A DNA stretch of 64,000 nt from an uncultured Candidatus Saccharibacteria bacterium (GTDB taxonomy: Bacteria; Patescibacteriota; Minisyncoccia; UBA6257; JACRHY01), in NCBI GenBank assembly GCA_964360035.1, contig CAYHUJ010000001.1, forward strand, positions 2,176 through 66,175, given 5' to 3'. Position 1 is the stretch's first letter; each line of letters begins with the position of its first letter. The notes under the pieces were generated by a model. The model was not told where the DNA came from and ran no database searches. It was given only the letters and a program-made list of their open reading frames with translations. The translations under genes and the position numbers were made by a program. Shown here piece after piece: positions 1 through 8,917 of this stretch.

Positions 1-600
1 AATTACTCTTTTGATTTTGTTACTGACCCAAATGAACAATACCTCGTCCTCGAAAAAAGCTATCTTGGTAAAGATGACTACGCTTTGGTAATTAAAGAAT
101 TAAATACTCTAAAAGATTTATTAGTACTGAACCTTAAAGACGTCCTTCGGCAACACCCCGACGTAATTCCGGGTAGCTTTGGTCTTGGAAGATGGAGCGA
201 TGATGGCAAATATCTTTACGGAGACATTTTCCAAGGCGCGTTAAGTACGGCATACTACGTAATCAAAGCGGAAACATGGAAAGTTGATATTTATGCGGCT
301 CCGTCAGACATTTTAGCAGGGGTGGAAAGGGCGATAAATTTCCAGAATTTGCACCTTGCATATGTAGATATTCCCACATTTACAGGATTTCAAGAAGTAT
401 ACGAACAAATCATCAAAGAAGCTAAACGCGAGGGAAAACTAAAAAATTTATTTGTCTATAATCTCCGTACCAAAGAAAAAATTAAGATTACCTCTGCTGA
501 TCCCGAGTGGAGATTTGATATTAACTGGCTCTCCGACACCGAACTTCAATATGAGTTACCAAGTGGCGAAAAGAAAATCTACAAAATCAATGAAAATTAA
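1..600 (+). CDS. Hypothetical protein, 5'-partial (beta-propeller/TolB-like motifs), low GC
   Basis: Frame appears open from the window start to the TAA at 598-600; WSDDGKYL and WLSDTEL motifs; AT-rich compared with the backbone. Confidence 0.6.
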   Translation, partial: NYSFDFVTDPNEQYLVLEKSYLGKDDYALVIKELNTLKDLLVLNLKDVLRQHPDVIPGSFGLGRWSDDGKYLYGDIFQGALSTAYYVIKAETWKVDIYAAPSDILAGVERAINFQNLHLAYVDIPTFTGFQEVYEQIIKEAKREGKLKNLFVYNLRTKEKIKITSADPEWRFDINWLSDTELQYELPSGEKKIYKINEN

Positions 601-721
601 ATATATTCATCTAACTATCGCCATTATTGCGCCTCAACTATTTTTGAGCAATTTGGTTTTTGCGCGAATAAACCGATAAGCCATTTACATTTATATTTAT
701 TCAAGATAATTATTAATGTTT

Positions 722-748
722 TAAAAAAATCCCGCCGTCAGCGGCGGG
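722..748 (-). terminator. Intrinsic terminator of the 44-aa ORF
   Basis: CCCGCCG-TCAG-CGGCGGG hairpin with an A-run on the + strand (U-tail on the - strand). Confidence 0.6.
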
Positions 749-754
749 AAAAAC

Positions 755-889
755 TCACCCCTTTTTCATTTCCTGAAGCAGGCGGCTGATTTCTTCTTCA
801 ACCGCCGCGGCGACTTCCCGCCTGATTTTTTCCGCTTTCTTTTTTTCCAGCTCTCTTTTTCTCATCAACATCTCGTCCATTTTCGTCAT
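755..889 (-). CDS. Small charged coiled-coil protein (44 aa, MTKMDEMLMRKRELEKKKAEKIRREVAAAVEEEISRLLQEMKKG), not in the ORF track
   Basis: Translated by hand; GGAGG just upstream of the ATG; terminator hairpin immediately downstream. Confidence 0.6.
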   Translation of the reverse strand: MTKMDEMLMRKRELEKKKAEKIRREVAAAVEEEISRLLQEMKKG

Positions 890-956
890 TGTTTTCCTCC
901 CCCCTCGTTCAAATCACGGGTTTTAAAACGCGCGGTTTTCTGTTAAAATAAGACGA

Positions 957-1994
957 ATGAAATACGACATTATTACAATCGGCACGGCGACGCGGGACGT
1001 TTTTTTGACCAGTCCGCTTTTTAAGGTTTTGACCGACGTGGCGCATCTGAAAAAAATCGGTTTTCCGACCGGAGAGGCGCAGTGTTTCGCTTTAGGCGGA
1101 AAAGTGGAAATCGACGCGCCGGTTTTGACGACCGGCGGCGGCGCGACCAACGCGGCGGTTACTTTCGGCCGGCAGGGTTTTAAAGCCGCCTGCCTCGCCA
1201 AAATCGGCGACGACGCGATTGCCGGCGACGTAGAAGCGGAGCTTGTGAAAGAGGGGGTAAAAACGATTCTGAAGCGATCGGCGGCAAAGAGCACCGCTTT
1301 TTCAACGATTCTTCTCGCGCCTTCCGGCGAGCGGACGATTTTGGTTTATCGGGGCGCTTCGGAAGATCTTCAAAAATCGGATTGCGCCGCGCTTCAAAAA
1401 ATCAAAAGCCGCTGGGCTTACTTCGTCCCAGGGGGAATCAAATTTGAAGTTATCGCGGGTTTGGCGGCGAAGCTCCGGCGCGCCGGCGTTCTTTTGGCGA
1501 TCAATCCGTCCAAGCCGTACATCCAAATGGGCGTCAAGAAGTTGAAGCCGCTTTTGGAGAAAATGAGCGTCGTTATTTTAAACCGCGAAGAGGCGGCATA
1601 TCTCGCCGGTTGCGATTACCGCGCCGAAGAAAAAATTTTTAAAGCGATGGACGCGATAGTGGACGGAATCGCGGTTGTTACCGACGGCCCGCGGGGCGTC
1701 AAAGTTTCCGACGGACGCGCGATTTATCAGGCGGGGATTTACAAAGAAAAAATCCTTGCCGACCGGACGGGGGCGGGCGACGCTTTCGGTTCGGGTTTTG
1801 TCGCCGGTTTGATGCGCGCCCGCGACTGCCGTCGGCCGACGGCAAGTGAAATTAAATACGCGATCCGCCTGGCTTCGGCCAACGCTACCGCCGTTGTGGA
1901 GAATATCGGCGCGAAAAAGGGGATTTTGACTCGCGGCGCTTTTGAGAAATCGCCGCATTGGCGCGATTTAAAAATTACCGAAAGGCCGTTATAA
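957..1994 (+). CDS. PfkB-family carbohydrate kinase
   Basis: GGGATNAA N-terminal motif and DRTGAGDAFGSGF PfkB signature. Confidence 0.92.
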   Translation: MKYDIITIGTATRDVFLTSPLFKVLTDVAHLKKIGFPTGEAQCFALGGKVEIDAPVLTTGGGATNAAVTFGRQGFKAACLAKIGDDAIAGDVEAELVKEGVKTILKRSAAKSTAFSTILLAPSGERTILVYRGASEDLQKSDCAALQKIKSRWAYFVPGGIKFEVIAGLAAKLRRAGVLLAINPSKPYIQMGVKKLKPLLEKMSVVILNREEAAYLAGCDYRAEEKIFKAMDAIVDGIAVVTDGPRGVKVSDGRAIYQAGIYKEKILADRTGAGDAFGSGFVAGLMRARDCRRPTASEIKYAIRLASANATAVVENIGAKKGILTRGAFEKSPHWRDLKITERPL

Positions 1995-2004
1995 TATTCA
2001 AACT

Positions 2005-3279
2005 ATGATAAACGACGAAAAAGCGGCGAAGCTGGCGAAGATTCTTCGCGTTGACCAGCGCGCTTTGGCCGAAATAAACGATTTAATGGAAGCCGCGACG
2101 GGAAAAAGCGGCGTTTTGGATGTTGTTTATGATGAAAATGAAACGTTGGCGCAGAAAGCGCTTGATAATTTGGGATTGGGCCGGAAAGTGCCGGCGGTGG
2201 AAGTGTACGACGCCCTGATCAGCAAGATAGAAGCCGACGATCTGGCGATTTTCAACGCGCTGGACCGTCCCGATTTGAACGAACCGGCGGATTGCCAGCG
2301 CGTGATTGACCTTGCCTCTAAAATTACGCCGGTGGGAAAAGGTTTTTTCCTGAAAAGAGAAATCGCCGAACGTTTTATTCTGAACGAGCCGCCGCGAAAA
2401 ATGATGGAATGCCGCGGTTATTCAACGGCTTCCGATCTGGTGGCAAACGAGGACATGCTGGAAGTCTTCGCCGCTTTGCGGATGGTGGAAGACCCCGGCT
2501 GGCTCAATAACGTTTTTTTCAAGCAGTACGAAAATCTCACCCCCGACGATTTTGAAGAGCGCGACATAAACGCGCGGGCGCTCCATAAAGAATGCGCGGT
2601 GATGGCGGAAAAATTCGTCAAGAAAAAATATCACAATATCAGCCACTTGAAAGAGCTGGGTGCCGTTTTCGTCATTCCGGTGGCGCTGGGAATTTCAGGA
2701 GAAATCATCCGCTCGGTTTCGCTCCTGGCGCACTACTTCAACGAGGTGAAGTTTTATTCGAACTTGTTCCGCTATTTCTCGTTAAACCGCAAGACCTTCG
2801 CGCAAAACGTCATTTCGCTCTTGCGGGGCGACGTCATTGAAGAACGCCTGCCGATTTTTCCCAAAGAACTGCGCCGGCCACGCTGGCTGATCGTCCAGCG
2901 CTATCTGGCCAAGGGAGATCCGAACGACTGGCGACTTTTTGAACCGCACGTCAATCCGGAGGCGCTGCACTGGCAGAAAGCGGAGCGGGGGATAAACGAC
3001 ATTGCCGAAGTAATGCCTCATTTTCGCAACGGCTTGGATTTTTGGAAAGAATTGGGATTCGTCGGCGATTTTTTCCAGACCGAAAGCGGCATTCCCGTTT
3101 TGGTGAGCTTCAACCTCGTTGACACGGCGATGTCGCTGGTTAAAGAAAAGGAGTTGTCAAAATATCTTTATCATCACCAGGAGGCGATGTGGAACAGGAT
3201 TTTTACGGAGTTTATGGGCGAAAAGAAAATGGACGAACTTATTCGCGACAACATCATTAAAGGATATTTTGAACTGTAA
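2005..3279 (+). CDS. Hypothetical protein between the pfkB-family kinase and fba
   Basis: 424-aa ORF tightly spaced in an operon; His-rich motifs HNISHLKELG, PHVNPEALHW and YHHQE. Confidence 0.8.
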   Translation: MINDEKAAKLAKILRVDQRALAEINDLMEAATGKSGVLDVVYDENETLAQKALDNLGLGRKVPAVEVYDALISKIEADDLAIFNALDRPDLNEPADCQRVIDLASKITPVGKGFFLKREIAERFILNEPPRKMMECRGYSTASDLVANEDMLEVFAALRMVEDPGWLNNVFFKQYENLTPDDFEERDINARALHKECAVMAEKFVKKKYHNISHLKELGAVFVIPVALGISGEIIRSVSLLAHYFNEVKFYSNLFRYFSLNRKTFAQNVISLLRGDVIEERLPIFPKELRRPRWLIVQRYLAKGDPNDWRLFEPHVNPEALHWQKAERGINDIAEVMPHFRNGLDFWKELGFVGDFFQTESGIPVLVSFNLVDTAMSLVKEKELSKYLYHHQEAMWNRIFTEFMGEKKMDELIRDNIIKGYFEL

Positions 3280-3298
3280 TCCTCCCGATTTTTATCTT

Positions 3299-4165
3299 AT
3301 GTTTTTGCTTGACGTCATAAAAGAAACCGAAAAAAAGAAAGCCGCCGTCGGCCATTTCAACATTTCCGATCTCGCCGCCTTGAAGGCGATTTTTGCCTCC
3401 GCCAAGTCGCTGTCTTTGCCGGTTATCATCGGCGTTTCCGAAGGCGAGGCGGATTTCATCGGCCGGAAGCAGGCGGCGGCTTTAGTGAGCGGCCTGCGAG
3501 AGGAATACGGCTGGCCGATATTTTTAAATTCCGACCACACGCATTCGTTCGCGAAAATCAAAGAAGCGGTCGCGGCGGGATTTGACGCCGTTTTGTTTGA
3601 CGGCAGTAAATTGCCTTTTGAAGAAAACGTCAAAGCGACCAGGGAAGTCGTGGAGTACGTCAAGGGCGTCAATGAAAAAATCGTCGTGGAGGGGGAAATC
3701 GGCTACATCGGCGGCTCGTCGCAGATTTTAAAAGAAATTCCGGCGGGGGCGGCTATTCGCGACGAGGATTTAACGACGCCGGAAGAAGCCGAGCGGTTTG
3801 TCAAAGAAACGGGCGTTGATCTGCTGTCGCCGGCGGTCGGCAATATCCACGGAATGTTCAAAAACGCGCCCAATCCGCGTTTGAATATCGGCAATATTGA
3901 AAAAATAAAAAAAGCCGGCGGCGTTCCGCTGGTGCTGCACGGCGGTTCGGGCATCAGAGACGACGATTTTCGGGCGGCGATAGCGGCCGGAATTTCCATC
4001 ATCCATATCAATACGGAGATCCGGCTGGCGTGGCGGCAAGCTTTGGAAAAGTCGCTTAAGGAAAATCCCGAAGAGATCTCCCCTTATAAAATTTTACCGG
4101 CGGCCGTTGAGGGCGTGAGGGCGGTGGTGGAAGAAAGGTTGAAATTATTCAACGGGCTGGTATAA
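3299..4165 (+). CDS. fba: Class II fructose-bisphosphate aldolase
   Basis: LNSDH, VEGEIG, VGNIHG, LVLHGGSG and INTE motifs; ATG at 3299 chosen to avoid overlap with the upstream gene. Confidence 0.93.
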   Translation: MFLLDVIKETEKKKAAVGHFNISDLAALKAIFASAKSLSLPVIIGVSEGEADFIGRKQAAALVSGLREEYGWPIFLNSDHTHSFAKIKEAVAAGFDAVLFDGSKLPFEENVKATREVVEYVKGVNEKIVVEGEIGYIGGSSQILKEIPAGAAIRDEDLTTPEEAERFVKETGVDLLSPAVGNIHGMFKNAPNPRLNIGNIEKIKKAGGVPLVLHGGSGIRDDDFRAAIAAGISIIHINTEIRLAWRQALEKSLKENPEEISPYKILPAAVEGVRAVVEERLKLFNGLV

Positions 4166-4235
4166 TGGCGATATCGCCGAATAACGGTTATTTTGGGTCT
4201 TTTCGGGTTTAATATTAACGACAAATCGCATTTAT

Positions 4236-4889
4236 ATGGAATTAAAAGTTCAAAAAAGAGAAAAATTCGGGAAGCAACTGGCGGCTTTGAGGAAAAGCGG
4301 CCTTTTGCCGGCGGAGCTTTATGGCCACGGCATCGGCAATCTTCATTTAAGCGTTCCGGCCAAAGAATTCGCCAAAATTTTCAAAGAAGCGGGAGAAAAC
4401 TCCGTCATTGATTTGCTGATTGACGGCGAAAAGCGGCCAGTGATGATTTATGACGTGGATGTTGATCCGCTGAAAAACGAACCGCGGCACGTTGATTTTC
4501 ATCAGGTGAGAATGGACGAGAAAATCAAAGCCGAAGTGCCGCTCGGCTTTATCGGCGAGTCGCCGGCGGTGAAAGAAAAAGGCGGCGTGCTTATCAAAGC
4601 CCTTCACGAAATAAAAGTGGAGGCGCTTCCGGCGGATATTCCGCATGTCGTGGAGGTAAACTTGGGGGCGCTGACTGAAATCGGTGCGGCTATTCATATC
4701 AGAGATCTGGATTTGCGGACGGTCGGCAAAGTGAAGATTTTGGACGAAGCGGACGCCGTTATCGCGACCGTTTCCGCTCCGGTCGTTGAAGAAGAGGCGC
4801 CGGTTGTCGAAGCGGCTCCCGAAATCGTCGTCACCGAAGGAGAAGAGAAGCGCGCCCAAAAAGAAAAAGAAAAAGAGGTCGCGGAGTAA
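4236..4889 (+). CDS. rplY: 50S ribosomal protein L25/CTC
   Basis: LRKSGLLPAELYG, HVDF and C-terminal TL5 domain (VKEKGG, LPADIP). Confidence 0.95.
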   Translation: MELKVQKREKFGKQLAALRKSGLLPAELYGHGIGNLHLSVPAKEFAKIFKEAGENSVIDLLIDGEKRPVMIYDVDVDPLKNEPRHVDFHQVRMDEKIKAEVPLGFIGESPAVKEKGGVLIKALHEIKVEALPADIPHVVEVNLGALTEIGAAIHIRDLDLRTVGKVKILDEADAVIATVSAPVVEEEAPVVEAAPEIVVTEGEEKRAQKEKEKEVAE

Positions 4890-4930
4890 GACGGTCGCGC
4901 GCTCCGGAGATTTATGAGCCCGCTTTTACA

Positions 4931-6433
4931 ATGACGAGACAGAAACCGAGAGTCGTAATGGATGTTCGCGGCAACGCGGATCCCTCCGTTTTTCGCGGGC
5001 GTCTTTTCCGGGTTAATTTATCATTTTCTTCTTTCAGCTTCCCGAAGGTTTTTACCGCTCTCAGCCGCGCGGGCCGCTGGCTTGTCGTCGCTTTTTCGCT
5101 GTCGGTTCTTTTATTCGGTTCGGTCAGCGCTCCGGTAGGCAATAATTTATTTACTTTAGCGGCCCAGCAGGACGACGAAGAAAGGAAAAATTTGGAAAAA
5201 CAGCTTTCCGAACTGGAGTCGCAGATGGACGAATACGAAACCGTCATCGGCAGCTACCGGAAGCAGGGGAGCAGTTTAAAATCGGAAATCAAGCTTCTTG
5301 ACGCTAAAATGGCCAAATTGAATCTTCAAATTAAAGCCGTTAAATTATCCATCGCGAAATTGGACGAGGAGATAACGATCACCAAGGGAAGAATAGTCCA
5401 GACGGAAAGCGAAATTGATTTCCGCAAATCCGCCATTGCCCGGATTCTGAAAGATATTTATGAAAATGACGGCAAGGGGTTGATGGAGATTCTTTTGATG
5501 AGCGACAAGCTGTCCGATTTTTTCGGCGACATCAATGATCTTTTGGCCGTTCAGGATAATTTAAGAGTGGCTCTGGAGCAGGTTGAAGAATTGCGGCTGT
5601 CCTTACTGGAACAAAAGAGCGAGCTCTCACTGGAACGTTCCGACGCTTTTGCTCTGAAAGAATACAACGACCGCCAGAAGGAAGCGGTAAACGCCACGAA
5701 GTCGGAAAAGGACAATCTGCTGAAAATCACCAAGGGACAGCAGGCCAAATACGAGGAAATGCTGGAGCAGACGAAAAAAGTCGCCGCGGAAATCAGAAGC
5801 CGGATTTTCCGCCTTTTGGGTGGCGGTGAATTGCCGTTCGGGGAAGCGGTAAAACTGGCGCAAGTGGCCGAAAAGGCCATCGGCGTGCGCGCCGCTCTCG
5901 TTCTTTCCGTTCTCACGCAGGAATCCGCCGTTGACGGCGTTATTGGGCGCAATCTTGGAAAATGCTATTACAATGACAAGCGCGATAACGCGAGCGGAAC
6001 GGTGATGAGCAACGGCCAAAAAACCGCCTTTTTGGCGCTGATGCAAGAGCTTGGCCTGGATCCGGAAAAGACGCCCGTTTCCTGCCCGATCGCTTCCGAC
6101 GGCGCCTACGGAGGCGCGATGGGGCCGGCGCAGTTTATGCCGGCTACCTGGGATTTATACAAAGACGCGGTGGGCGGAATTACCGGCGGCAGCCCGCCTT
6201 CTCCTTTCAATAATTTGGACGCTTTCACCGCGACGTCGCTTTATCTCAAAAACGGCCTGGACGGCTGCCGTCAGACGTACAAAACCGATTTTTCCCAGGA
6301 AAACTGCGCCGCCGCCAAATATTACGCCGGCAAAAACTGGCGTTCGTATATGAGCGTCGGCCGGTATGGCTATCGCGTCGCCGAGCGGGCGGTCAAAATC
6401 CAGCAGGACATTGACTTGATTGAAGCCAATTAA
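4931..6433 (+). CDS. Coiled-coil protein with C-terminal lytic murein transglycosylase domain
   Basis: N-terminal TM, long coiled coil, catalytic-like QES and GAMGPAQFMPATW. Confidence 0.85.
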   Translation: MTRQKPRVVMDVRGNADPSVFRGRLFRVNLSFSSFSFPKVFTALSRAGRWLVVAFSLSVLLFGSVSAPVGNNLFTLAAQQDDEERKNLEKQLSELESQMDEYETVIGSYRKQGSSLKSEIKLLDAKMAKLNLQIKAVKLSIAKLDEEITITKGRIVQTESEIDFRKSAIARILKDIYENDGKGLMEILLMSDKLSDFFGDINDLLAVQDNLRVALEQVEELRLSLLEQKSELSLERSDAFALKEYNDRQKEAVNATKSEKDNLLKITKGQQAKYEEMLEQTKKVAAEIRSRIFRLLGGGELPFGEAVKLAQVAEKAIGVRAALVLSVLTQESAVDGVIGRNLGKCYYNDKRDNASGTVMSNGQKTAFLALMQELGLDPEKTPVSCPIASDGAYGGAMGPAQFMPATWDLYKDAVGGITGGSPPSPFNNLDAFTATSLYLKNGLDGCRQTYKTDFSQENCAAAKYYAGKNWRSYMSVGRYGYRVAERAVKIQQDIDLIEAN

Positions 6434-6451
6434 AAAGCGGAAGAGGTTGCT

Positions 6452-7033
6452 TCAATCTTTGATTTTTTTGATGCCGACCCAGATAAGGGCGGCGAGCGAA
6501 AATCCCAGAATTACAAAGCGCAGATAATCGTCCATCTGCGACCAGTATTTCGCCGTTCCGACAAGAATCGCCAAAAGTCCTCCAAAAGTGAACCCCAAAG
6601 AAACCGCTTCGGCCGTCGTTAAAATGATTCCGCCGGCGAGAGCGGCTACTCCGATGATCACCCAAACAAGAAAAACGTTTCTTCGGTAAAGATTATCGGC
6701 GGCTTCAAATTCCTTTCCGCACCGGTAGGCGGTGTCGCACCATCCATTCTGCCGGGGATAAAGAGTGGGAGCCGGCGCCGCTTCCGGATAGGCGGGAACG
6801 GCTTTCAGGGGCACCGGTTCGCCGAATTCCCGGTTGTCGTTCCATCGCTCGCCAGCCTCTTCGCATGATTCTTGATCGGTATGCTGACGAGCCGCTTTTT
6901 CTCCGCAAAAGTCGCCCCAGACGGGCTGTTTTTTATAAAGCGTGTCTATGCCGTAATTGACGAAAAGATTAAATACGACGACTATGGCCAGAACGAGGGC
7001 CGTTTTTTTGAAATTTATTTGCGGCAGTTGCAT
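6452..7033 (-). CDS. Membrane protein (4 TM, Cys-containing external loop)
   Basis: Hydrophobic segments; in an operon with the cyclophilin. Confidence 0.75.
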   Translation of the reverse strand: MQLPQINFKKTALVLAIVVVFNLFVNYGIDTLYKKQPVWGDFCGEKAARQHTDQESCEEAGERWNDNREFGEPVPLKAVPAYPEAAPAPTLYPRQNGWCDTAYRCGKEFEAADNLYRRNVFLVWVIIGVAALAGGIILTTAEAVSLGFTFGGLLAILVGTAKYWSQMDDYLRFVILGFSLAALIWVGIKKIKD

Positions 7034-7034
7034 A

Positions 7035-7691
7035 TTATTTTTCTTCTATTGAAACGGATGTTAATTTTACGGGATTGACCGGCGTCGATTTTTCGCCGAG
7101 AGAGTTCGTTTTAACCGGCGCCTGCGCTATGTTATCAACGGCTTCCATTCCGCTGACGACCCGTCCGAAAATTACGTAGCTTTTCGGCAGGGGATAATCC
7201 CGGTGCATTATGAAAAACTGGCTGCCGTTCGTGTTCGGACCGGCGTTCGCCATCGCCACGATACCGCGGGAATAATCGCGGGTTATTTTTTCATCGGCAA
7301 AGCGGTAACCCGGACCGCCGGTGCCGTCTCCTTTCGGATCGCCGCCCTGAATCATGAAGCCGCTGATGGCTCGGTGGAAAATCGTGCCGTCGTAAAATCC
7401 TTGTCGCGCCAGAAAAACAAAATTATTTGCCGCTATGGGTGTTTCGGCGGAGAATAATTCTATTTTCGCGTCGCCCTCGGAGGTTTTTAAGGTCGCGAAA
7501 TAGCGCTTGTCGGCGTCAATTTCCATTTTCGGCGGCTGGTTCCACTGCATATTTGTTGTTTCTATTAATTGGTTATGGCTTGACGCGCCGTTCGCCGGCG
7601 CGCTGTTTTTTGGAGCAAGATAAATTTTTGATCCCGCTATCGCGGCGGCGGTTATCAAGGCGATTGCGGCGTATTTTATCCATCCGTTCAT
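7035..7691 (-). CDS. Cyclophilin-type peptidyl-prolyl isomerase with N-terminal anchor
   Basis: FHRAISGFMIQGGDP and MANAGPNTNGSQFFI. Confidence 0.95.
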   Translation of the reverse strand: MNGWIKYAAIALITAAAIAGSKIYLAPKNSAPANGASSHNQLIETTNMQWNQPPKMEIDADKRYFATLKTSEGDAKIELFSAETPIAANNFVFLARQGFYDGTIFHRAISGFMIQGGDPKGDGTGGPGYRFADEKITRDYSRGIVAMANAGPNTNGSQFFIMHRDYPLPKSYVIFGRVVSGMEAVDNIAQAPVKTNSLGEKSTPVNPVKLTSVSIEEK

Positions 7692-8008
7692 TTTCCGCGC
7701 GTTTTTTCCGTATCATCGGCGGAAGGGTAAACGTCCCCGTTTTTCTTGATTTGTTCGTCTTCGTAGGGAGCGGCGAAGCGGCGGTAAAATTCCTCCCCGA
7801 TGTTTTTAAAAACGCCGCTGATAAGGGCGATCGCCCAGTAGCGTTTTTCCGGAATAGTTTGAAGCGCGAGCTTCGTACAGGCGTAATTTAACAAGCCGGC
7901 GAACGTTTTTTCGTCCCCCGTTTCTTTCGCCACGGCGTTTATTTCTTCGGCGAGTTTGGCGATGCGCGGATCCAGGCGATTTCGGTTGTTTTGGCTGATG
8001 TAAGGCAT
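7688..8008 (-). CDS. Small conserved hypothetical protein (MPYI...GLLNY...EFYRR..APYED...NGDV)
   Basis: Motif pattern recalled from small phage/CPR proteins; 4-bp overlap with the cyclophilin gene. Confidence 0.75.
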   Translation of the reverse strand: MPYISQNNRNRLDPRIAKLAEEINAVAKETGDEKTFAGLLNYACTKLALQTIPEKRYWAIALISGVFKNIGEEFYRRFAAPYEDEQIKKNGDVYPSADDTEKTRGK

Positions 8009-8154
8009 AATTTACGGAGATAAGTTATCCACAGTCGTTATTTTACTTGAATTTTATTTTTTGGTAAAGTTAAGCGGTTAATAATAAAAAGCTCCGCGTG
8101 TGAGGCGCGGGGTTTTTTGTTTTTGGCGGCGGTCGCATTCCGCCGCCGCATTCT

Positions 8155-8183
8155 AATCTTCGGACGTCGGACGTCCGAAGATT
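8155..8183. repeat. REP-like perfect palindrome, copy 1
   Basis: AATCTTCGGACGTC-G-GACGTCCGAAGATT, 25 bp upstream of the transposase ATG. Confidence 0.9.
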
Positions 8184-8208
8184 CTTGAATTGTGGTATCA
8201 TTACTTTT

Positions 8209-8898
8209 ATGGAAATTTATCATGTTCTTGACAGGGGAGTTGATAAAAGAAAAATATTTTTAGACAAAGAAGATTATTTTCGTTTTATTCACGATTTATT
8301 TGAATTTAACGATAAAGAAAATGCCGATCTCGCTTCCTATGTCTTTAATAAGCAATATTCGGACGTCCGACGTCCGAATATTGAAATTGGAAGGACTGAT
8401 CGCAAACCGAGGAAATTATTGGTGAAAATACACGCTTTTTGTTTAATGTCGAACCATTACCATTTATTACTTACGCCGGCCGTAGAAAACGGGATCGCTC
8501 TTTTTATGAAAAAAATCAACGGCGGATATGTAAAGTATTTTAATGAAAAATATGAAAGAAAAGGGACCTTATTTGAAGGGAAATATAAAAGAATTATAAT
8601 TAAAAATGAGGCGCATTTTATTCATCTGCCTTATTATATTCATTTAAACCCTCTTGATTTGGCGGCGCCGGAGTGGCGAGAGCGGAAAATTAAAAATTAT
8701 AAAAAAGCGATAAATTTTTTGGAATCTTATCGTTGGAGTAGTTACCTTGACTACATCGGCAAGAAAAACTTTCCGTCCGTTACCCAAAGAGAGTTTTTGA
8801 TGAATTTCTTTGAAAGTCCTAAACAATACAAAGAAAATATGATAAAGTATTTAGAGGAATTAGGTTTAGAAGAAATTAAAGATGTTTATTTGGAATAA
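8209..8898 (+). mobile_element. REP-associated tyrosine transposase (RAYT / IS200-like Y1 HUH)
   Basis: YHVLDRG, HAFCLMSNHYHLL (HUH), GTLFEGKY, YIHLNP and YRWSSY; low GC; flanked by palindromes. Confidence 0.9.
8353..8383. repeat. REP-like perfect palindrome, copy 2 (inside the transposase CDS)
   Basis: CAATATTCGGACGTC-C-GACGTCCGAATATTG, translated in frame as QYSDVRRPNI. Confidence 0.9.
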
Positions 8899-8917
8899 AA
8901 GCAAAATAAATCTTCGA

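Noticed and set aside
3119-3298. N-terminal extension of fba given by the ORF track
   Set aside because: Overlaps the upstream CDS in another frame; aldolase similarity starts at the ATG at 3299.
8028-8036. Perfect DnaA box TTATCCACA as a possible oriC
   Set aside because: Single copy; no box cluster, no dnaA/dnaN and no unwinding-element repeats nearby.
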